Positions 51,195-62,932 of a DNA stretch of 64,000 bases are shown here, one piece after another; position 1 is the first letter of the stretch, and every line of letters begins with the position of its first letter. This DNA is from Raillietiella orientalis (taxonomy: Eukaryota). Made by a program: the position numbers and the translations under genes. Location of the stretch: contig JAYWIR010000021.1 in assembly GCA_036172245.1 (NCBI GenBank), positions 1,922,001 through 1,986,000 of the forward strand, given 5' to 3'. The notes beneath the pieces are model-generated. The model searched no databases, was not told where the DNA came from, and saw nothing but the letters and a program-made list of their open reading frames with translations.

Positions 51195-53449
51195 GTAAGT
51201 TCCTACCATTCAGTAACCTTTGCGTTGTTTGCTGTGTGAAAAAATGGAAAAAGCCTGCGCGTGCCTTCAGCTTGCAGCAATCGTAAGCGCAAACGCCCTC
51301 ATTGCAAAAGAACTGAATGCTCTTCACGTCCTTATTAGTGGACTGCTTCGCAATTCCGTTTTCTTTGTGGTACAGTCAAGAGAAGTGAAGTCACGCAGAG
51401 AAGCGCTCAGTCAGTAGCTCGTTCTTCCAAGTGCTCAAATGCAATGCGCGTTTTGATTGATCAAATGAGCTTGGCTGCTCATTCTCGTTTCTCTTTGGTT
51501 GTTCGTTCTTCGTCATGACGTTCTTCATTCTTTACTAGTCTTTCACGGCAAGCGATCGAAAGCACTTGCGGAATACATGAGTCCAACAGAAAGAGGTCGG
51601 TTTTCGCAGTTACTCATCGCGGTGATCGTCTTGGCTTCGCAGAAGCTAAGATCCAGTAACCTTAGGAACACACTTGGCCAAAGGGATGCTATGGATTGAG
51701 AACCATTTTCCGTTCGTTTGACGGCTGCTCTCTAGGCAAATGCTGCTTGCGTCTGATTAGCAGCGTGACTTGTGGTACCCCTGCTCTTACTTCGTACGGA
51801 ATTCCCTTTTAACAGCATACACGTGTTGTGACTCTGAAAGCACCGGAATAAGGACTTCGAACATCCTGAAGTACCTGCACAAGGATACATGTCCGAAGAA
51901 CCTCTTCTTCGAATCTGCCTTGGATGTTTGCGCCGGTGGACCGCACATCATCGAAGAAAGCGACCGTCTCTAGTCTATGCATCCTTCAAAACTCTGCTCA
52001 TCCCACACCAAAGGTGAAGGCTGAAAAACCTCTGGAACGAAGCTTGGAGGCGCTCACCTCCAAACGGCCATGGGTTTGAGTAGCAGCTCCTGGGGGAATG
52101 CTACTTTTCTCTGAGATCAAACGATCTTCTGATGAATTCCAAAAAATGTGTTCTCGCGTTCCTACTCGTAGATTCCTCTTGGAGATGAATTTTATATCAG
52201 TACATTTTATATTAGTAACAAACTTTCTTCCAGGAAGAAAATAAAATTCTTCATCCCCCCAACGAATCGCTCAGAAATGCCAAAAGTCAAGAGAGGAGCA
52301 ATGCGGATGTCTCGCTTGCTCGTTCATCCAACGGAGAAGATGCATCCCATGGCAGCAGATCTGATCGCAAATGCCATTCCAAAACAGAAACATCGACGTA
52401 CCAATCCGATGAAGAAATTCGTTTGAACCGAGGTCGGCCGTCCTTAGACGAGGAAAGCTCGGAAATGTCAAGCACCCCCTATAGTATCCCCACTTTCTTT
52501 CCTCATTTCATGGACAGGTATGCAAAACTTGAATCGTCACGAGTGCAATGGCATCAGCGTTGGGTTCTTGCATGCAGTGGCATCTCGTTGGTGACTCGGT
52601 GTCCAATAGGTCGCACGCGCGTCCCTCCACCAGTGGCACAAAACGGGGTAAACGATTTCCCTCGAGGCAGAGCGCACTCTTGTAATCAATCACGGAGCTG
52701 GCGCTGTGATCGATCACCGGTTCCATTACGACCGCTCCCAGCGTGCTGTGGAGTTTCCTTCCAATCTCCATGTTTTTTTTTTTTCCTCTCTCCCCTCGCA
52801 CCTCACGGTCGGTCTCTGTGGATGCCTTTCGACCACTGAGGGTTTTGAATCGTTGTCGGCAATGCGCTTCTTACGCCTGCAGGGTTGCAATTCCTTTCCG
52901 GTGAATCGGCGGTGCGGACAAACGAAAGCATTGCCCGGCGCCAGAACGCTCAGAATGAGGGACGCAAAAGTGAAGCAGCGCTGGGAGGCTCGTGCCATTG
53001 CCTAGCGACGATCCATGCCCTGCAGTTTGCCGGGGACGCTCACAAAGATGGCAAATCTCGCCCTCACGTCATCGGGAAGTGCAGGGGCTCTCAGGAATCC
53101 TTGGCACTTTCAGGCTTTGGTTTCGCGTCCAAGTCCCGGCATCGTCTCGAGTGCTCAGAAATCCCAATCGCCAGCAGGCAAAGACCCTTTCACACCTAGC
53201 AGTGGACAACTCCGTTGAATTCTGACGACGCTGAGGTGAAGATTCTTGTTCGAACGTTCACACGGAGCCTTTTCAAGCTGGAGAGTCTCCATAGAAATCC
53301 TGAAAACGAGGCTCTCCCAAGGAAACCGTAGAGACGAGGCGGACCACGTGCCACACCGTTTTACACCAATGCGCAGAACCGCGAGCGCCCTCTGCCCGCG
53401 ACTAGGGACCGGTCCGGAGGCAGGGTTCCATCTCGGGGCTGCAAAAGAA

Positions 53450-55340
53450 CCGAGCTGTTCGGGAGCTTTCAGGAACACATCAGGAGGAACTGCGGCCTGA
53501 GGTTTTCAAAAAGTCTGCAGGCGCTCGCCATTCGAGCAGCCTGGAGGCCTCTCGTTTGGACCCACCTCCAAAGTTTCGGACGCATCGCATATTCACCGCT
53601 TGGTCAAGCTGCGGCCTTGTCGCCCGTCCTCCAAACTGGTACGAGAGCGCTGCTTCCGGGAAAGCTCCTTGGAGCGAGGCGCGCTCCAAGAAGCATGGCG
53701 CAGCGCCGCAACGACCCATTCGCATTTTCCCGTCGGCGACGGCTCCCCAAAGTTCTTGACACGCTCCCGCAAGAGGTGTTACGTGACGGCGGTTCCGTCC
53801 CGATCTCGAAGCGGAAGCGGACGCGGGCTTCCAATACAGGATTGCGCCTCCTTGATGGGCACTAGCCGACGGGCAGTATCACGGGGCTCAGCGTCTTGCT
53901 TGACCACCGGTGAGAGGTTCGAAAATTTTCAAGTGTCGACCTGACAGATGGGAAGGAGACTGATCTGCGAGGTGCGCCCCAGGTTTCTCGAGTAGTTCTG
54001 CATGAAGGAAATCCCGCAGCGGACACAGGGAAGACAATAGGGATATCTGTTGTCTTCCAAACTGACAATGAGGACTACGGGATCCCTGAGAATTCTCCTG
54101 CCAGTTCCCCACAAACGTCAATATCACTCGTGATTGGCTCTGCTAGCTCGGCAGATCGGCGTTTAAAAAAGTACAGCCGGTGTCCATGGAGCTGCATCAT
54201 TGCTCAGGTGTCTTCTTCAACCGGTGCTGAATGGACGACTAGAATGTCCGCTTCGGACCCTCGGCATCAGCATGTGAGTCAAGGGCATGAACCCACAGCA
54301 CGAGTCCTCGGCACCGTTGCACGGGCCTGCAGTATTCCTGCAGCTCCGAAGTAGGGAATCGTTTAATCAACTCGTGGTTACGGTCCTCATGGCAAACGAA
54401 GATCCTGGAAAGAAGAACCAATGGGAAGATGCTTTTGTGAACGTGCGGTAATCGTTTTGTTTTTATTTTCATTTTTTTTTTTTCCATCCGGAGATGATCC
54501 ATCCTTAACGGAAGATGAAATCACCTGCCAAAGCGGACAGACAACCATCGTGTTAAGACCGGAGTGCTATGACCTCCATTTGAAAACATTTCGAACTACA
54601 AATGTGGGCAGAGACGCTCGTGCGTCACGAGTGTGTCCACTCTAACAGGTGCATGATCCTTCGGAGCCTCCCAGTGGTGTCCTGACCGGCGACAGCCTTG
54701 CGTGATGCGACCCTCTGCGGCTGTGACACAGGGAGAGAGTCATTCCCAAGAAGGCACAGAGAAATACGAAGACGAAACAAATTCAGACAAGATGGACGCT
54801 ACTTTCTCCGAAGGTTCCAGAGAATTCCGAGAGACGGGAGCTTCGAAAAGAGCGAAGTGAGAATTTTCGATCTCCAGAGGGTCCGCTCTTCGGGAAGCAT
54901 CGATGAGGGACCGGTTGAAATCTCCTCTGGAATCGAAGAGCATGGGTTTTTGGGGTACCCCGAGACGGGACACTTCGGGACCGCACTGCAGGAAACTTCA
55001 GCGCGCGGAATGAACTGCGGGACTCTCCTGGACTCTCCTGCTCGACAAAACCGACCAAAAGTCCGAACAGCCACTTAAGAGTTGGCCACCACCCCCGGTA
55101 CGCGTCCCACCGCGCCCGCTCTGCGTGATCGCGATTGCTTCCCGAAACAGGGCAGCCTCCCCTCCCCTCCTTTCCCTCTCCTGTGAGGCCGTTCGCCTCT
55201 GGCCGGCTTCTGTTCCAAGATCGGAAGCGAGATCTGCCCTCGCAATGGAAGTCCCGACCGTCCCGGTTCCCTTCGCAAGGACGCCTCCGTCGTCACGACG
55301 AAAGGTCCAGAAATTTGCAGCTGAACGCAATGTACGCCAA
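53450..55340 (-). pseudogene. Decayed L1/Tx1-like ORF2 (endonuclease and part of RT) in Drgx intron
   Basis: QSGRGGTRTGGGGQLL (S.G...GGV.IL), PMLFDSRGDFNRSL (GDFN), APKDHAPVRV (SDH.PV), then QISLLS...LADQSPSHLSGRHL (RPISLLN...DQ.GF..GR.I). Confidence 0.55.
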
Positions 55341-57989
55341 GGCTGCTCGGCCAAACTCCAAAGCAGTTTCTCGATCCCGAGATATTGATGAGCTCAAGCT
55401 CCAGTGCCGGACCATCTTCGAGCAGCGCGATCCGAGAATCGCTCTTCGCGCCCTTTAGGACAGGTTCGATGTGCTTCTGCTTCGTCTCTGAGGGACGGCT
55501 CTGAAGATCTGGAGCATCCTCGAGAGCTTGAGAGACGTATCTCTTCTTTGCCGTATCTCTTCGAGGAAACCTCCAGAGGGATCTCCTCGTCTGGAACGAA
55601 CCGTGACTGCCGGCTCGCCTAACTGTGGGAAGCGGGCAGCGCGCAAGCGTCGGCCCAATCCGGAAAGTGTCGTGGGGGGGGGGCGACTCCGGAACAGAAG
55701 CGTCTGCTGGAGGCAATCGACACGAAGCTCCGGTTGGCTTCAGAACCGCGGAGGAACTTTGAAACGGAAGGGACGATCAGAACGGTTAAAAGCGAACGGA
55801 GGAGGAAGAAGGAATGAGGCGGTGGGAATCGGAGAAAGGAAGTCACTGGACGTGTTCCACAACGGCGAATTTCCCCCATCCTGCTACTGATGCGATCTGC
55901 CGCCCGTATTTTGGGGTCGCAGGACCCTCGCCCTCCCGCACCGACCAACTAAACGATCATTCGTCGAGAGCCCGTTGCCTCGCCAGAGTCTCAGCTAATG
56001 GATTCCATTTCCTTCTGGATCTTTCCGACCTCTTTTACTGCTCATTTGCTTTTGAGACCATTCTTTCATGAGACAAGGCTGCGTGCACCCCTGCCGCCCT
56101 CCATGAACGTTTATGCTGGTAACCCCTGCTCGGCTGGCGCAGTTATCCGCTGCTCGATTCTTACAGTCGTCGTAACCAAGCAAAGGACATCTTTTTTTCT
56201 TTTTTTTTTCGTTTGCTGCTGATTCCTTGGAGACGGATTGATCATTAGTCATGGATTTCCTGGCACCTTTTAAATCCAGGTTTGCCTGCTCTTTTCTTCC
56301 GACCCGATATCATCTTTCTCGCCATCCCGCTACCAATTACGAAAGAAGAGTCCTTTCACTGAATACCATGTAGTTCTGTGATCTTTCATCCTTTTCCACC
56401 CTCCTGGAACTGCGTGGCACAGGCGCCCCTCGAAGCCAAACGCCATTTCACGAGAGGCGCACGGTCCCCTTTTATTTGCATCCCTTCCCGCTCCCATTTC
56501 GTTCCTGCGAGAAGTTCTTGAGAGAACTTTTCGCCAGCGCTGATCCCTCTTAGCCTTTCTCCCCGTTCCTCCATTGGCACCCTCCATCCCGCTCGCCGTC
56601 CCGATGCGATCCCGTTATTTCCTCATGCCGTGGAACTTTCACCTTGCAGATCTCTCGAAGGCGCTGACTCGGAAGCTGCGCTCATTTCATCCAGAGTCCT
56701 TTCTAGTCCGCCTTTTTCCCGGTCTCCAGTGGAACCTCCCTTGCACCCGCTGTGGGTCCTGGAAAGGGGAACCGACTCGCTCTGGCTTCCCATTGGCTGG
56801 CGCGCTTTCGCGTCTTCCTCGCCTCAGCAGCGATACTGCAGCATGCACGTGGCGAGGATTCCTCGATGATCTATCCTCCGTTTCCTGGATGCGAATGTCC
56901 TGTATATTCCGTATTCGTTTCTGAAACATTCTTTATCTTTTTCCGGATGCTTAGTTTTCTTCTTTTCTCTTTGGAGAATGAGACTCTCCGAGCAATCCAG
57001 GCAATTCAATAGATGGACTCATACGACCGCGGCCATCGGAGAGACACCTCTGTCACCTGAATCCCCATCTTTGCGTCATGAACTCCGCGGCCAAAGCCAG
57101 AAGAAGGTTTCGGCTCTGAGGGCTCGTCCCAACGACCCACCCAAACTCACCCTGAGCGCGCGAGACAAACAGCCTCCTCTTCCTCCCTCCCTCCCGTAGA
57201 CGTAGCCCTTGCACGTGACATTGTCCGCCACTCTGCTTTTGTTTTGTTTTTGTTTTCGTTCTTTATTCCACGGAGGCGCCTTCGGTCCCACCTTATTCCT
57301 CGTGGAGATTCCGAAGGGGCTTTCAGAGTGCTCGCCGACGAAGGGACGTTCTTTGCTAGACGGTCATCGAGGCTTCACGACCAACGTTTCTTACGTCACG
57401 GCGCTCTTTCTCGACGTCGTGTCACGTGGTTCCGTGAAAGCGTTTTCTTGATCGTGCGGCATCGATGCTCCCTCTTTGCTCAACGCACGGTCTGAGTAAC
57501 CTTTAGACCGAGTAGCCTCATCGTCCACAATCACTCACCTTTGCAAGGAAGGCGTCGAGGGAAGCCCCACTTGGGGAGAATCTTCCCGCCTGCATCCCAA
57601 GCTTGTAGGGAAATGTCGTGTAACCACCATAACGGCATCTCGCTGTCCCGAGCTCCTCGCGTCCGGAAATCCGAAAATCCGCAGCTGAAACCGCATTTTC
57701 GTGTTATCCAGGCACAGAGGTAGCACAGTGCTCAGTTCACTGTCAATGGACCAGCACTCGTGTGCTCCCTCGGGCATTCTGTCCTTCAGAAGGACTGCAT
57801 GGATCAAGATGAGACTTGAGGCCCCACACGCGTGCCTTCGCAACCTATCGTCAGATCTTTACATTCCACTGCCTCCAGAAATTCCATCGCCGCTGAGCTT
57901 CCGCATGTCTTCAGCACCTCTCTGTCACTCGCAGATCAGTTTTCCAATGGTCGGTCAACTCAGTTTCAAGCATCTCGGTGTATTGCTGC

Positions 57990-58696
57990 TTGGGTGCTGC
58001 TTGCGACTCTGCGGTGGCAGCCCTGCTGCTGCTACGCGTCACGGGTTCGAATCCCGTCGGGGGAAGGAGCAACCCCCGGGGAAATGGGTGTGTCGTGAGT
58101 CTCGAGTTCCCCCCCCTACAAGATGACGCTGGTTGGCCGGTAGGCTTCGCCCGCAGCACTGGAGGAAGCCAGGAGCCTCCGGATGCCGCCGTCGAGTGGC
58201 CGGGTTTGGAGGTCGACCCTCCGGGGTCCTTTCCAGGAATCGAGGAGTCCTGCAGGGTTTCACCCCTCTTGTTGTGGAAATGTCTTCCGGGGAGACCCAC
58301 CGTCGCGCTTCATGGAGCTGGTTGATACCGTCCACGGCGAATTTCCTCTTAGAGCGTCAGAAGTGTGCCCTTCAGGGATATTTGGGAAAATCTCTTCGGA
58401 GATCTCTTCAAAGGAGAAAACCAGGACTCCTGAGGGTTCCCTCCCGGAGAAGTTCCGGGAGCGACCCCCTGCGGGAGGTCTCTCCGGAGAGAACAAGAGG
58501 TGGTTCCCTTCGGTGCTCCCTCCCAAGCGTGAGAAAGGAATTAACTTTCTCCGGTACCCTTCCCGGATTCATACGGTGGTCCCTCCGAGGTCATCCCTAC
58601 AACCGGAAGGGTTCCACGCACCCTCGGGCGGCGTGGACAGGCGTCAAAGATCTTCGTGAGTCCCTAGGCAAACGCTTCCTGAGCACTTAGCAAACC
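57990..58696 (+). mobile_element. SINE-like family, near full-length copy I (Drgx intron)
   Basis: gggttcgaatcccgtcgggggaagg head at ~58043, the complete body, and the 3' end caaagatcttcgtgag...cacttagcaaac. Confidence 0.82.
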
Positions 58697-59029
58697 AGAA
58701 AAGGGAATACGCTGGAGTGAGCCGCAGCAGCCCCAGTAGGATAAAGTGATGACCTCCTTGCTGAACTCTGTAGCATGCGAGTGGTCCCCGTTCCCAAGTT
58801 CCACCAGCTCCGTTCTTCGTGGAAGCAGACGCGCCGGATCATCCGTCCGTGCTTCCCGTACAGGATTTCGTTAACATCCTTTTGAAGCACTGCACACGAT
58901 GGGGAGGAGGGGGGGAGGGCATCTCCAGAGTATCCATGGGACTCTTTTGTGCCCCCGAGGCTTCTGCACCTTTCGGCTGAGAGGCGCCAGTAGGGGAAGA
59001 GGGAATCCGATGAACGGAATAGTGCGCGC

Positions 59030-59900
59030 CGTAGTTCTGCACACTCTCTTTCCCTGGTCGCTCCTCCTCTGCCCTAAACGCTACCTGCTGTTGGGTCCCA
59101 CGCCCACAAGGGTCACCTGAAAAGCCGCTGAAGGAAGTCAGCATCGCCACGAGCCGAAGAACGGCCTTGGAGGAGGCTTCCGTCTTCCGCGGCACGCGTC
59201 GCCAGTGAGGAATGCTGATATCCGTGGCCGTGAGGGCATGCGGGAGCCTCTCGGCGTGCCTTCGTGCTGATTATCTGCGACTTCTTTTCCTCTTTTTCTT
59301 TCCGGCCGTTCTCCTCGTCCACTGCTTTCGTTTCCGTTAGCCACTTTCCTTGCTTCCGGTGGCAGAGCTGGTCCAAGTAAATGGGTTCCTGAAATGGCCA
59401 CTTCCGAGTTTTAGATGCGAACGCGAGCGATCTCGTAGCCCAGAATCCACCAATCACTTCTTCTCAAAGAGTCCCTTCTCCTAGTCGCTTCTTCTGCCCT
59501 GTGCGATTCGAACCCGCGACGAAGACCTCGGTGGCCGTGGTCCTCTTCGTCGCGAAGGAGGGGGTCGCGGTAGGGGGAGACAGGAAGCTCGCCTTCATCT
59601 TCCCGACCTCAGGGGAATCGTCCCCCACCCTTGCACAGTCCTCATCCGACCTCTGGAGAAAGGTCGGCACGCTACATTCGACTCCGCCTGTTCCCTAGAG
59701 AGGTTCGGGAAGGGAGGGGAGCTGCTGCTGCTGCTGTCGCCGCCTCCATGATGGCAGTGGAGGTGCGCAGGTGACCTCGCCCTGCGGATCGAGGGAGCAG
59801 CCGGCCCCACGAGCCACGGATGCCGCGTGGCGATCAGACGATCTTCCAGGTTACACAGGCGCGCGCGAACCCCTGTAATTGAGGATTCCCGCCGTGTCCT
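59030..59900 (+). pseudogene. Decayed L1/Tx1-like endonuclease directly after SINE copy I
   Basis: LHTLFPWSLLLCPKRYLL (T.N..GL..P.KR), PLKEVSIAT (LQE.H), GVAVGGD (GGDFN). An 89-nt gapless paralogous match exists at 60994-61082. Confidence 0.4.
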
Positions 59901-60214
59901 GGTCTCTCTCGGAACCTGCAAGGCCTCGGGACACGCAAGCGGGTGGCTGCCAAGTCACAGGGACGAACCTGCGACCCGGCTGCGCGCAAACCCTCAGGGG
60001 CGTTTGCTGGGTGGCAGGCGGGGGAGACGAGCGGGGTGAGGAGGAAGAACTCGGATGGTATGGTTTCGGCCCTCTGTTTTGCGCAGACACCCATGGGTGC
60101 GGCAACGAACCCACCCCCTCCTCTCCCCCCGTCGCACCTCGTAGAGGCCGTTTCTTGTGCACCGTTTTGCAGCGAATCTTCCAAGGTCAAGACTGCGATG
60201 TTTCCAGGCGGAGT

Positions 60215-60712
60215 TAGCGTCGGAACCACACGGCTCGCGTTGGCGGCTTCACTCTCCGCGCGTCGCGGGCTCGAATCCTGCCCAGGGAAGCAGCGCTTCC
60301 CTGGGAAATGGGTGCGTCGCGGGTCTCTAGTTCCCCCCCCCCTCTTAAGATGACGCTAGCTGGCCTACGTCCGGATGCGATGGCGTTGGTAGAAGCCGAA
60401 AAACTGGGTGCCCTTGATGGGTGATCGGGATTGGGGGTCGACCCTCCAGGGTCCCGCTTCCAGGAAACTGAGTCAAGGAGTTCGATTCCTTTCGGGGCTC
60501 TCTTGGGAGACAACCAGGTCGGAGGGTTCCCTCACAGACATGAGAGGAACGGACTCCCTTCTCCGGAGCCCTTCCTGGATTCATAGGGGGGTCCCCTATG
60601 GGGTCACCTCCCCTACAACTTGAAGAGCTAACACGACGTTCGGGCGGTGTGGTGTCAAAGAGCTGCGTGAGCCTCCAGGCGCGCGAGGTTTTTTGAGGTA
60701 CTCAGCTAACCA
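60215..60712 (+). mobile_element. SINE-like family, internally deleted copy J (Drgx intron)
   Basis: Head cgcgggctcgaatcctgcccagggaag; the central hairpin block is missing; the 3' part ggagacaacc...gagaggaacggactcccttctccggagcccttcctggattcataggg...caaagagctgcgtgag is present. Confidence 0.8.
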
Positions 60713-60889
60713 AGGTCACGACGGTGGCAAAGATCCACCATACGGGCTACTCTGGTGCTCCAGGGAACAGCGCCACCTGGACTGCCCCGGGACTTCGCAG
60801 GCAGGCGCAGAGCGAGCGTGGCTCCTCGCTGACTTGGCACCATACTGTTCTTCCTTTTTTCATGCCTCTCGGGGGTGGAAGTAGAAGAG

Positions 60890-61340
60890 GGAAGTTTTCT
60901 TCGCTTTCCCAAAGTTCGGGACCCCTCCTCCTCCTCCCAGGATCTGAGGCCTTGTTTCACCGCGCGTCCCGTGCAGGAGAACCGGCGGCCGCTCCGCTGA
61001 GGGAGCTCTGCATCGCCACGAGTCGAACAACGGCCTTGGCGATGGCTTCCGCCTTCTGCGGCACGTGCTGCTAGCACGGAATCCCACGTCCACTGGCTCC
61101 ACGTCGGTGCGGTCCATCCACCTCTCATCAGCATCCGGAGATGCCGTGCGGAATGGCGACTCCCGCCCGAAGAACACCTTCGAAGGGCGCCGCCTCCCTG
61201 CTGCGAGCAGGCGCGCGTTTCCGCACTCCCTCCGTCCTCATCGGGAAAGCGGGAACAGAAGGAAGCGTTTCTTTTCCGCCTTGGAAGTCAAACACTGACT
61301 CGCATCCCCGCGACCACCTCCCCCAGGTCACGGGGTTCCC
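60890..61340 (+). pseudogene. Decayed L1/Tx1-like endonuclease directly after SINE copy J
   Basis: PLRELCIAT (LQE.H), EGRRL (GR), NRRKRFFSALE (R..FF..L). It is paralogous to 59125-59213. Confidence 0.4.
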
Positions 61341-61513
61341 GACGTGGATTTCGCCTCTCGCCTTCCATTCCCTGCAAGAGCACCCTCATCTCCCCTCAGC
61401 TCATTGGCAGGCCGCGTTTTGCTGCGCGGAAGAGACTTCAGATGCTGCTCCACCACTGGCAGCTCGACCTGTTTCACTGCATCTTTCCTTTTGGTGACGG
61501 AGTCTATTTTTAG

Positions 61514-61608
61514 CACACCTCTGAACTCGCTTGTGGACAGACCTGCCGCGAAGCCTTCCCGCTTCATGAACCACCAGCTCACCCCTGCGCTGCTGGCGAG
61601 CCTGAAAG
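61514..61608 (+). CDS. Drgx: Probable Drgx penultimate exon (5' boundary uncertain: 61514 or 61327)
   Basis: ctatttttag | TPLNSLVDRPAAKPSRFMNHQLTPALLASLK(G) | gtaagg. Splicing out a 55-nt intron (61609-61663) gives LKGLCSYCP in frame with the OAR exon. The connection to exon 4 needs at least one unidentified exon. Confidence 0.5.
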
Positions 61609-61663
61609 GTAAGGCGGTTCCATGCGCGCTCACACCCGGACGTTTCCCTCTCTGCCATCCAAG

Positions 61664-61920
61664 GTCTCTGCTCCTACTGCCCGGTCACCTCCTCTGCTTT
61701 CGGGAGCAGCTTTTCCTCCTTCTGCTCTGCCGTGCCGGGCACATACCAGAACTGGATGCTGATGTCCGTGGCCGCTTCCAGAGACCTCAGCTCCTTAGTA
61801 GATCTCAGAAGGAAGGCTCAAGAGTTCTCGTGCTTCCCAGCAGATGCGGACGTCTCTGTCCGGAGCCCTTTCTCGTTGCCAAGGGTGCTGAAGACGGCCT
61901 CGAAGAGCAGCGCCCTGTGA
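61664..61920 (+). CDS. Drgx: Probable Drgx last exon with LCSxC motif and OAR domain
   Basis: Encodes (G)LCSYCPVTSSAFGSSFSSFCSAVPGTYQNWMLMSVAASRDLSSLVDLRRKAQEFSCFPADADVSVRSPFSLPRVLKTASKSSAL*. SSLVDLRRKAQEFS fits the OAR consensus SSIAxLRxKAxEHS, and Drgx proteins have LCSCC before the OAR. An AATAAA follows 62 nt after the stop. Confidence 0.75.
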
Positions 61921-61982
61921 ACCGAGAGCGGCTCGCGACCAACGCATGTAAACATAATGTATTTGAAATGTATTTGCACATA

Positions 61983-61988
61983 AATAAA
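61983..61988 (+). promoter_or_regulatory. Candidate polyadenylation signal of Drgx
   Basis: AATAAA shortly after the predicted stop at 61920, with GT/T-rich sequence downstream. Confidence 0.4.
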
Positions 61989-62673
61989 TGTGACGCTCAG
62001 AGCTCGGAGTGAAGCCATTCTTGCAGCCGCCTTCCGACTTCGAGCGACGCTGACGCGTTTTGTGTCTTCCCCTTGCCTTCGACATGTTATGGACTCTTGG
62101 TTTCCGATCTAAACACTTGGGGTTCTGTGCTTCCAAAGCGTTTTTTTTTTTTTTTTTTTCTTCTCAAACTTTCCAAAACATCAGCGCATTAAACATCAGG
62201 CATAAAATACATTCGATTCGGTAAATTTGGATCATCAGTTCCAAGCAAATGAAAGCATTATGTATTCTGTAATTGAAAATATGGAAATTAAAAACTGCAG
62301 GAATTTTCAAAACCAGTGGTTAGCATCCATGCAACTCCCCCCTTCCCTTCCTTCCACCCCCCCCCCCCCCCCCCCTCAATTCACACGCACACACGCACAT
62401 CCTACCCCCAATTTACCCCGTCCTCCTCGCTATTTGCTGGCTTCCGGTTGCGGAACTTTAGCCATGTCTGCCAACGTGCTGCAGCCGCTCTTTGCTTCAT
62501 GGTCGTGGGAAGGTCATCAGCGGAATCCGTGTATTCTCCTTTTTTTTTCTTTTCTTTTCTTTTTCGAATGAAAAGGTCACCAGCGACCTCAAGGGGAGAT
62601 CGTCACCATTGACCCAGGATGATGGAAATATTTTGGAGGGTTCCTTTTTGTTTTCTTCTGCTTTCCTTCCAGC

Positions 62674-62932
62674 CTTTTTTTTTTTTTTTTTTTTTTTGAG
62701 TTTTTTTTTTGAAAGTTTGCCAAGTGGAGAAGAACTTCCCGCCGGGAGACTTTCACGAAGCTTTGCACCGCTGTTCCAAACCACCCGAGGGTGCGTGTAG
62801 TAACTTTAAGTTAGGGAGTAACCCCGGAGGGATTATCCTATGAAACCAGGAAGGCTCCGGAGGAAGGGAGTCCGTTCCTCTCACGCTTGGGAGGGAAACT
62901 CCGAAGGGAATCTTCGACATGGTTGTCTCCGA
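62674..62932 (-). mobile_element. SINE-like family, 3' end with poly(A) tail (copy K)
   Basis: Minus strand reads ggagacaacc...ccctcccaagcgtgagaggaacggactcccttcctccggagccttcctgg...cgcaccctcgggtgg...cacttggcaaactttc, followed by A-tracts (T-runs at 62674-62710 on +). Confidence 0.8.

Noticed and set aside
55730..55775. GWLQNRGGTLKRK resembling homeodomain helix 3
   Set aside because: It lacks WF.NRR.K and splice context; the true exon is at 51090.
59613..59770. Phase-compatible candidate Drgx linker exon (GNRPPPLHSP...AAAAAVAASMMAVEVR)
   Set aside because: It lies within an apparent endonuclease fossil (GVAVGGD motif just upstream) and shows no Drgx similarity; kept only as a possibility.
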